From contig DOYU01000021.1 in NCBI GenBank assembly GCA_003518365.1, positions 492 to 64,491 of the forward strand: a stretch of 64,000 bases of DNA, in the 5' to 3' direction. Source of the DNA: Candidatus Magasanikiibacteriota bacterium. Its GTDB lineage: Bacteria > Patescibacteriota > Patescibacteriia > Magasanikbacterales > UBA922. Within the stretch, counting starts at the first letter, position 1; every line of letters begins with the position of its first letter. The position numbers and the translations under genes were made by a program. Shown piece after piece: positions 57,149 through 64,000 of this stretch. Below the pieces are notes generated by a model. That model was given only the letters and a program-made list of their open reading frames with translations. It had not been told where the DNA came from and searched no databases.

Positions 57149-58501
57149 ATGCCAGCAGCTATTTCAATTCACAATCTTTCTGTTACCTATTTTCCTGGAA
57201 AGAGCAATGAAGTAAAAGCACTCAGTAATGCTACTCTTGATATTTATTCAGGAGAATTTATTATTTTTTTTGGTCCTTCTGGTTGTGGAAAATCCACCCT
57301 CCTCTACACTATTGCTGGTCTTGAAAGACCCACAGAAGGAGAAGTTGTTGTCCAAAATTTAACATTGCATGACCTGAAAAATAAAGAACTAGAATATTAT
57401 CACCAGTTTACCACCGGCATGGTCTTTCAGGCGTTTCATCTGATTCCCTCTCTGAGTGTTGAAAAAAATATCTTGTTGCCGCAAATCGCAGTCGGAGGAA
57501 AACGGAAGGAACGCCAAGCAGAAGCAGAACGCCTCATGAAATATTTTGGCGTGTATGAACAACGAGGCAAATTGCCAAACGAACTTTCCGGTGGGCAGCA
57601 GCAACGTGTTGCTATTTGTCGTTCGCTCATCAATGATCCTGAAATTATCTTTGCTGATGAACCGGTCGGAAATCTTGATTCAAAATCAGCACAAGACGTG
57701 CTTGCCCTTATTCAAGAATTGAACATCAAACAAAAAAAGACGATCATTCTCGTCACGCATGATCCTTCCCACCTCGATATAGCGGATCGCGTGTTCTTTA
57801 TGAAAGATGGGAAAATCATTAATACCAAGGAAAATCCCAACAAACGACACATTACGCCAGGTGAACTCGCTGCGGCTCCAGCACCACCAAAGACAAACCT
57901 CGAATTGGTCTCCACATCATTTACCAAAGAAGGTGCCTTTGGGCTGGAAGGCATGTTGCTCGACTATACAGCAAAAGAAATTGTTGCAGAGGCACTCACT
58001 GGATTTACGGCAGAAGAAATCAATCGTATCGAACAGTATGTGAAGTCATATCTGACCGATGTAAAAGCAAAACCGAGCACATTGCAGGAATATCTCAATG
58101 AAGATTATATGACAGCCAATGGATTGGCTCTCAATAAACGCTCTGCCAAAAGGCTGACAACCTTGCTCACGCATACAGCAAAGGAAATGCGTGACCTTCA
58201 CGACAGAGTTATCAGCAAACATAAGAAAAAACCAAACTATGCAGCAGAACTACGCTACTATTTGCTCGGGACGTTTGATGTGTCACTGAGAAATACTGAG
58301 GCAATTGATGCCATGGATGCCGTTATCAAGGATAGAATCAATGACAGGACAGATAGAAAAGGCGCGCAAGCGATGTTTGAGTTGCCTATCTCTCGTGGGG
58401 GTGTAGGTCTTCGCAAAAGAGTTGCAAGAAAAATGGCAAAGCACCTCGACGTGGTATTACTCGCAAGATATCGTGTTGAAAAAAAGGCAAAAAAAATATA
58501 A
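57149..58501 (+). CDS. ABC transporter ATP-binding protein with a ~220-aa C-terminal extension of unknown function
   Basis: [36 protein letters not shown], then a non-ABC C-terminal domain ending [11 protein letters not shown]. Confidence 0.8.
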   Translation: MPAAISIHNLSVTYFPGKSNEVKALSNATLDIYSGEFIIFFGPSGCGKSTLLYTIAGLERPTEGEVVVQNLTLHDLKNKELEYYHQFTTGMVFQAFHLIPSLSVEKNILLPQIAVGGKRKERQAEAERLMKYFGVYEQRGKLPNELSGGQQQRVAICRSLINDPEIIFADEPVGNLDSKSAQDVLALIQELNIKQKKTIILVTHDPSHLDIADRVFFMKDGKIINTKENPNKRHITPGELAAAPAPPKTNLELVSTSFTKEGAFGLEGMLLDYTAKEIVAEALTGFTAEEINRIEQYVKSYLTDVKAKPSTLQEYLNEDYMTANGLALNKRSAKRLTTLLTHTAKEMRDLHDRVISKHKKKPNYAAELRYYLLGTFDVSLRNTEAIDAMDAVIKDRINDRTDRKGAQAMFELPISRGGVGLRKRVARKMAKHLDVVLLARYRVEKKAKKI

Positions 58502-58520
58502 TACGTAATGACTGGCTCGC

Positions 58521-59810
58521 ATGAAAAAAGATGTGAACACAATCTCACAAAAAAACACCCCAATTGCGGGGGGACAACCTCATCCAAAAAGAAAACGGAT
58601 GGCTTTTCAAGATGTGTTGATGCTCTCTACGCGTACATTTCGGACAAGACCCTTGCGTACATCACTCACCATTTTAGGTATGAGTGTTGGTATAGGTGCC
58701 GTCTTATTTTTGGTATCCCTGGGATATGGTCTCCAAGAAACGGTATTAAATCGTATTACAACCGCAGATGCCCTCCTCAGTCTCGACGTCAGCCCAGGAG
58801 ATACAGAACTCATCCAACTCAATAATCAGAGTATCGACAAGATAGCTTCTTTGGAGCATGTTGAAGAAGTGAGTCCTGTGGCAGCACTTCCTTCTCAGAT
58901 TGCTTACGGAGAACTGACAGGTGTCGTCACGATGTACGGCGTCAAACCATCCTTTTTTGGTCTGAGTGGTCTGAACCCCATGATTGGTGACTTCTTTTCA
59001 GACGAAGATCTGAATAATGGACGCCATGATATAGTCGTATCGTCTGCGTTGTCGGCAATATTTGATGTTCCTCCAGAAGACATGATTGGACACAACGTCA
59101 CGCTCACAGCCTTTTTGCCATTCATCGATGAGGCTGGATTTGAAGAAATAAAAACAGTAGACATTCCTGCAACATTTACCATCAGTGCCGTCATTGACGA
59201 TGAAGGAGAAAGCTTTATTTACGCACCATCATCATTGCTCGAAGGAATCCAAGTGAATACCTACATAGGCATAAAGGTAAAAGCGACAGATCCTGAATAT
59301 ATGAGTGCACTCAGAGATCAAATTATTGAAATGGGATTCTTTGTATCAGTCCTCCAAGATACCATTGATCAAGTAACAAAAATCTTCACCATTATTCAGG
59401 TAGTCCTCGGATTGTTTGGTCTCATAGCTCTCATCGTCTCTGCGATTGGGATGTTTAATACGATGACGGTCATGCTCCTCGAAAGAACGAATGAAATCGG
59501 TATTATGCGCTCTATTGGCGTCACAAAAAGTGACGTAAAAAAACTCTTTATTATTGAAGCAATGGTAATGGGATTTTTAGGTGGTTTTGGTGGAGTTGCC
59601 CTCGGTCACATTGGAGGTGTTTTAGCAAATGTAGGGGTAAACATCCTCGCAAAAAGTTTTGGTGGACAAGCACTGGACCTCTTCTCATACCCCTCAATAT
59701 TTATCCTTGTAATCGTCATTTTTTCAACAATTATTGGACTTCTCACCGGTCTCTTCCCTGCTCGACGTGCCGGCAAGCTCAAACCCCTCGATGCGCTCAG
59801 ATATAAGTAA
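58521..59810 (+). CDS. ABC transporter permease, FtsX/MacB-like
   Basis: N-terminal TM helix, periplasmic domain, C-terminal FtsX 3-TM region (LKPLDALRYK end). Confidence 0.75.
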   Translation: MKKDVNTISQKNTPIAGGQPHPKRKRMAFQDVLMLSTRTFRTRPLRTSLTILGMSVGIGAVLFLVSLGYGLQETVLNRITTADALLSLDVSPGDTELIQLNNQSIDKIASLEHVEEVSPVAALPSQIAYGELTGVVTMYGVKPSFFGLSGLNPMIGDFFSDEDLNNGRHDIVVSSALSAIFDVPPEDMIGHNVTLTAFLPFIDEAGFEEIKTVDIPATFTISAVIDDEGESFIYAPSSLLEGIQVNTYIGIKVKATDPEYMSALRDQIIEMGFFVSVLQDTIDQVTKIFTIIQVVLGLFGLIALIVSAIGMFNTMTVMLLERTNEIGIMRSIGVTKSDVKKLFIIEAMVMGFLGGFGGVALGHIGGVLANVGVNILAKSFGGQALDLFSYPSIFILVIVIFSTIIGLLTGLFPARRAGKLKPLDALRYK

Positions 59811-59864
59811 TATCATGCACAATGTGTCTCATATCGAAAAATCCTTTAGGTAAGGGCTTTTCTA

Positions 59865-59893
59865 TTGACAAGAACAACAGGATCCGCTATACT
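59865..59893 (+). promoter_or_regulatory. Sigma70-type promoter for typA, followed by a leader hairpin plus T-run at ~59908-59932
   Basis: TTGACA, a 17 nt spacer, then TATACT. Leader: ATTCTCC-agctc-GGAGAAT-TTTATT. Confidence 0.5.
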
Positions 59894-59963
59894 TGTGCCC
59901 TATAGAGATTCTCCAGCTCGGAGAATTTTATTATAAAAAAATTACGAACTAGTACCACAAGAT

Positions 59964-61748
59964 ATGGATATTCGAAATATCGCCATCATCGCACACGTAG
60001 ACCATGGCAAAACCACCCTCACAGACGCCCTCCTCCGCCAAACAGGGATGATTGAGGAAACAGGCAGTATGGATAGTAACTCGCTTGAACAAGAGCGAGG
60101 TATTACGATTTATGCAAAAAACACCACGCTCTATTACAAAGATGTAAAAATCAATATCGTTGACACACCAGGCCATGCGGATTTTGGCTCAGAAGTAGAA
60201 CGAGTCCTCCGATCGATTGATTCTGTGATCCTCGTTGTAGATGCACAGGAAGGGCCAATGCCACAGACAAAATTTGTCTTGAAAAAAAGTCTCGAGCTTG
60301 GTCTCAAGCCGCTTGTGGTACTCAATAAAATTGACAAACCTGCAGCAAGACCAGACGAAGTCCATGAAGAAGTACTGGAATTATTTATGGATCTTGGTGC
60401 CAATGATGAACAAATGAACTTCCCGTATTGTTATGCCATCGGCAAACAAGGAATTGCGAAAAAAACACTCGACGATGCATCAACTGATATGAATCCCCTC
60501 CTGGATCTCATTCTCGAGCACGTTCAGCCAGCACCTCATGACATCACTGTCCCATTTCGCATGCAACCCTTCAATCTTGCCTATGATGACTTTGTTGGTC
60601 GTCTTGCGATTGGACGTATTTACGAAGGAATTGTGCATGTCGGTGATAAAGTCATTATCAAAAAACCAACAGGTGAAACACGCAGTGGCACGATTACAAA
60701 ACTGCAGCAATTCAAAGGGTTTGATCGTGTTGACGCCACAGAAGCGCTTGCTGGTGACATTGTCATGTTAGCAGGCATTGCAGACATCGATATTGGAGAA
60801 ACCATCTGTCACAGCGCCAATCAAGAACCACTCCCAGCGATTCATGTGGATGAGCCAACTATCGGGATTGACTTTTTAGTCAATAATTCTCCCTTTGCCG
60901 GCAAAGAAGGAAAATTTGTCACGACAAGACAGATCAAAGAACGACTTGAAAAAGAATTGGAAATTAATGTAGGGCTCAAAATCGACTTTTCTGAATCAGA
61001 CAAATTCAAAGTCTATGGCCGTGGAGAACTCCATATTGCTATTTTGCTTGAACAAATGCGCAGAGAAGGATTTGAATTGCAAGTCAGCCAGCCACAGGTT
61101 ATTATCAAAGAAATCGAAGGCGTCAAAAGCGAACCATTTGAAGAAGTCACGATCGATATTCCTGAAGAATTCACGGGAACGATTATCGAAAAATTGAGTA
61201 AACGCAAAGGTCTCATGACAAACATGGTCTCAAAAAACGGCCATGCGCGTCTTACCTTTGAAATTCCTTCTCGTGGCCTCCTTGGTTACCGTGGTCAATT
61301 TATCATGGACACAAAAGGCGAAGGTATCATGGCAAGCCAAGGCGCAGGGTTCCGTAAATATGTTGGAGAGATAGAAAAACGAAATGTTGGCTCTATGATC
61401 TCCATGGTCACAGGCAAAGCGCTTGGCTATTCACTCGCAAATCTCCAAGAACGAGGTGCCCTCTATATCGGACCAAACGTCGAAGTATACGAAGGTATGG
61501 TCATCGGAAATACTGCAAAGGGAGAAGACATGGCGGTCAATCCTATCAAAGGAAAGCAACTCACCAATATGCGTGCCAGTGGTACGGATGAGGCGCTGAA
61601 CCTGACACCACCATTGGACATGACGCTTGAACGTGCGCTGGAAACCATTGCAGAAGACGAATACCTTGAAATCACGCCATTAAGTGTCCGCATTCGAAAA
61701 CAATTTCTTACAGAAAATGATCGAAAGAGATCCGGACGCAAGGCCTAG
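59964..61748 (+). CDS. typA: Translational GTPase TypA/BipA
   Basis: IRNIAIIAHVDHGKTTL (G1), DTPGHADF (G3), NKID (G4), EF-G-like domain layout, ~594 aa. Confidence 0.9.
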   Translation: MDIRNIAIIAHVDHGKTTLTDALLRQTGMIEETGSMDSNSLEQERGITIYAKNTTLYYKDVKINIVDTPGHADFGSEVERVLRSIDSVILVVDAQEGPMPQTKFVLKKSLELGLKPLVVLNKIDKPAARPDEVHEEVLELFMDLGANDEQMNFPYCYAIGKQGIAKKTLDDASTDMNPLLDLILEHVQPAPHDITVPFRMQPFNLAYDDFVGRLAIGRIYEGIVHVGDKVIIKKPTGETRSGTITKLQQFKGFDRVDATEALAGDIVMLAGIADIDIGETICHSANQEPLPAIHVDEPTIGIDFLVNNSPFAGKEGKFVTTRQIKERLEKELEINVGLKIDFSESDKFKVYGRGELHIAILLEQMRREGFELQVSQPQVIIKEIEGVKSEPFEEVTIDIPEEFTGTIIEKLSKRKGLMTNMVSKNGHARLTFEIPSRGLLGYRGQFIMDTKGEGIMASQGAGFRKYVGEIEKRNVGSMISMVTGKALGYSLANLQERGALYIGPNVEVYEGMVIGNTAKGEDMAVNPIKGKQLTNMRASGTDEALNLTPPLDMTLERALETIAEDEYLEITPLSVRIRKQFLTENDRKRSGRKA

Positions 61749-61765
61749 GCACATATACTCCTGGA

Positions 61766-61800
61766 AGCCCCTGTTATCTACATAGCAGGGGCTTTTGTAT
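61766..61800 (+). terminator. Rho-independent terminator of typA
   Basis: GAAGCCCCTG-ttatctacata-GCAGGGGCTTTTGTATTG. Confidence 0.65.
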
Positions 61801-61852
61801 TGCAATGAAAGAAATGAGTGATACCGTGCGTATTACATCATAGAGGAAAAGT

Positions 61853-62449
61853 GTGTATACTCTCAGCATGACTGATTATTCTGCCGATACAGATGAATCC
61901 CTTGCTCTGCGCTCGACGACCGATCACGACGCATTTGGAGCACTCGTTGGGCGATATGAGCAAAAGCTCTATCGCTATGTTCGTCGTATCACAGATGCGA
62001 GTCATGAAGAGTGTGAAGATATTTTGCAAGAAATTTTTTTAAAAACATATCGCTATCTACATAATTTTGATGATTCACTTTCATTTTCTTCATGGATCTA
62101 TCGAATAGCACACAATGAAACGATCAGCCACTTCCGAAAACGATCAGTAAGACCACAGACCATCCGAGAAGAAGATGGGACTCTCTACCTCCAAAATATT
62201 GAAGCAGATATGGATATTGCCGCAGAGATAGATACCAAAGCTCTTCAACAACAAATTCAAAAAATCCTAGATACCCTTGGCCCAAAATATAAAGATGTTC
62301 TCCTCCTGAGATACCTCGAAGAAAAAAATTATCAAGAAATTTCAGATATTCTCAAAATACCCGTAAAAACAGTAGGGACAAGAATCAATAGAGCAAAAAA
62401 ACAACTGCATCAGAGTATTACAGAACAGGGCCTGTTCATTACTCCATAA
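61853..62449 (+). CDS. ECF-type RNA polymerase sigma factor
   Basis: Region 2 FSSWIYRIAHNETISHFRK; region 4 YQEISDILKIPVKTVGTRINRAKKQL. Confidence 0.8.
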   Translation: MYTLSMTDYSADTDESLALRSTTDHDAFGALVGRYEQKLYRYVRRITDASHEECEDILQEIFLKTYRYLHNFDDSLSFSSWIYRIAHNETISHFRKRSVRPQTIREEDGTLYLQNIEADMDIAAEIDTKALQQQIQKILDTLGPKYKDVLLLRYLEEKNYQEISDILKIPVKTVGTRINRAKKQLHQSITEQGLFITP

Positions 62450-62453
62450 TCAT

Positions 62454-63239
62454 ATGGATATCAAACAAAAAATCCTAGATACAATCAAAAACGAACACAT
62501 CACCCCTATTCCCGCATGGAAATTCTTCATGGGGACATATGGCTTATGGATGCTTTCTGGAGTGCTTCTCATACTCGGTTCCTTTGGTGTGGCATCGATT
62601 GTTTTTCTCTTTACAAAAAATGATTGGGATATTTATACCGAATTGTCTGAATCAAAATTCACACATATTGTATCAACACTCCCCTATTTGTGGCTTGCCA
62701 TTTTTGTCATCATGCTCATTTTGCTCTATGTCGATATTCGTCATACAAAACGAGGATATTCCTATACATCACTGCATCTTTTCTTCGCAGCATTAGGAGC
62801 AAGCATACTCCTCGGGTTTGGGCTTCATGTGATAGGCGTTGGACAAAAAATCGACACGATCATCACAAAAACAGACCCCCACTATGCTCACATGTTCAAT
62901 CCTCGCCTGAGAGCGTTGAGCCAGCCAGAAAAAGGTATTCTTATGGGAAAGGTCACCAACATAGAGACTATATCCTCGACAACAACACGCATGTATGTCG
63001 AAAATCCTCTCTTAGAAGGTACCTGGGTTGTGATTGTTCAGCCAACAACTATTCTTCCACCCTCAGGAATACAGATTCAAGATCGTATTCGTGTACTTGG
63101 AGAAGAAATAAAAGATGTCGACACAGCAGAACATCAATTTTTTGCTCACATCATCCTTCCCTTTGACACACTCGGCATAGAACCAGGATGGAAAAGACGG
63201 AACATGCAACCACCCCCTCTCCAACGTCCTATCCGCTAA
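62454..63239 (+). CDS. Membrane protein cotranscribed with the ECF sigma gene; putative anti-sigma or sensor
   Basis: Three TM helices near the N-terminus and a C-terminal domain with no recognisable motifs. Confidence 0.4.
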   Translation: MDIKQKILDTIKNEHITPIPAWKFFMGTYGLWMLSGVLLILGSFGVASIVFLFTKNDWDIYTELSESKFTHIVSTLPYLWLAIFVIMLILLYVDIRHTKRGYSYTSLHLFFAALGASILLGFGLHVIGVGQKIDTIITKTDPHYAHMFNPRLRALSQPEKGILMGKVTNIETISSTTTRMYVENPLLEGTWVVIVQPTTILPPSGIQIQDRIRVLGEEIKDVDTAEHQFFAHIILPFDTLGIEPGWKRRNMQPPPLQRPIR

Positions 63240-63374
63240 GAACCACATACAAAGAGAAAAGAGAGAGGCACATACGCTTCTCTCTTTATTATGAAAGAAA
63301 ATATGAGAAGGATACGTACTATATAGCAGAAGGGCCCGAGAACAACAATCTATACTCAATAATTCATATCTCCT

Positions 63375-64000
63375 ATGAACAAGCCACAAATAACGACAAC
63401 AGCAGCCATTCTCTTTGCCGTTGCAACTATGGGAATTGGTCTGGCAAATGCACAAGGAAGTGCATCTTCAGAAGGAGCAAATCCTCCTCAACGATCTTTT
63501 GGACAAGCACAACATCAACGCATGGATCAGGTACTCGAAGCCACAGATTATGCATCATTTGTCGATGAAGTAGGCACTGATGCAAAAATTCTTGACGTCA
63601 TTACTGAAGACAATTTTGGTCAATTCCTCAAAATGCATGAACTCATGCAATCCGGAGATTTAGACGGTGCAAAGACTATTGCAGATGAGCTAGACATGCC
63701 ATATGGAATGAAAGACATGCGTCAGGATGGAAGAGGAAGAGGTGCAGAAGGTATGGGACAAAGAGGTGGTAACAGAGGACAACTTTCAGAAGAAGAAAGA
63801 ACTGCGGTAGACGCAGCGATGGAATCTGGAGATTACCAGGCTTTTATAAAAGCACATGGAGCAGATTCAGATATAACATCTCGAGTGAGTGAAGAACAAT
63901 TCAAGGACATGGTGACTCGTCATAAAGAAAATGAAACACGCCGAGATGCAGTACAGGCATCCATTGATGCACGAGATTACGACTCCTTTGTGAAAGCAGT
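63375..64000 (+). CDS. Secreted repeat protein, 3'-truncated by the window end and not in the ORF track
   Basis: Manual translation from the ATG at ~63375: MNKPQITTTAAILFAVATMGIGLANAQG (signal peptide), then repeated DY(A/Q/D)(S/A)F(V/I)... motifs. The frame is open to 64000. Confidence 0.45.
   Translation, partial: MNKPQITTTAAILFAVATMGIGLANAQGSASSEGANPPQRSFGQAQHQRMDQVLEATDYASFVDEVGTDAKILDVITEDNFGQFLKMHELMQSGDLDGAKTIADELDMPYGMKDMRQDGRGRGAEGMGQRGGNRGQLSEEERTAVDAAMESGDYQAFIKAHGADSDITSRVSEEQFKDMVTRHKENETRRDAVQASIDARDYDSFVKA

Noticed and set aside
1-64000. CRISPR arrays, rRNA genes, transposase/IS elements
   Set aside because: No regularly spaced direct repeats with unique spacers, no rRNA-like segments and no transposase/integrase-like ORFs were seen on either strand.

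Overview
This 64 kb window comes from a low-GC bacterium; the background is AT-rich, roughly 40% GC judged by eye, not computed. Most of it is housekeeping: the rpsP/KH-protein/smc region, nrnA, clpP, a purine block (guaB plus an in-frame purA-purB fusion ORF), the proline operon proA-proB-proC, rpmG, rarA, msrB, typA, tRNA-Val, tRNA-Thr, tRNA-Trp, two MacAB-like ABC efflux modules and three ECF sigma/anti-sigma-like pairs.

Several accessory segments are embedded in this background:
1. A visibly GC-rich island of about 2.3 kb (~5700-8030) carries three tandem paralogous lipoprotein genes. Copies 2 and 3 share a conserved 5' leader; copy 1 has a different leader. A shared 3' hairpin module follows copies 2 and 3.
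2. Next to tRNA-Trp sits a strongly AT-rich, tightly coupled 8-gene operon (22952-31223). It encodes an XRE HTH regulator, a RhuM/Fic-Doc fusion, an EcoRI-family-like N6-adenine MTase, a DUF262(ParB-like)-HNH nuclease, a DUF2779 nuclease-like protein whose stop overlaps the SIR2 start (ATGA), SIR2, a HerA ATPase and a KTSC protein. The SIR2-HerA pair matches a described antiphage system. Its embedding with the MTase/DUF262-HNH/DUF2779 module and the DUF2779-SIR2 coupling is the most interesting candidate for an undescribed composite defence system.
3. A hicBA toxin-antitoxin pair with palindromic operators lies in an AT-rich mini-island with two small membrane proteins.
4. There are isolated GC-rich genes that are probably foreign: a 2OG-Fe(II) oxygenase and a small Cys-containing protein.
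5. Recurrent non-coding structures include a ~120 bp repeat family showing compensatory base changes (2 full copies and 1 fragment), a ~230 bp imperfect palindrome downstream of clpP, GTCCCGC-N3-GCGGGAC hairpins and a heptamer repeat array.

No CRISPR array or rRNA was seen. Printed coordinates can be off by 1-2 nt relative to the ORF track; I trusted the track for CDS ends.
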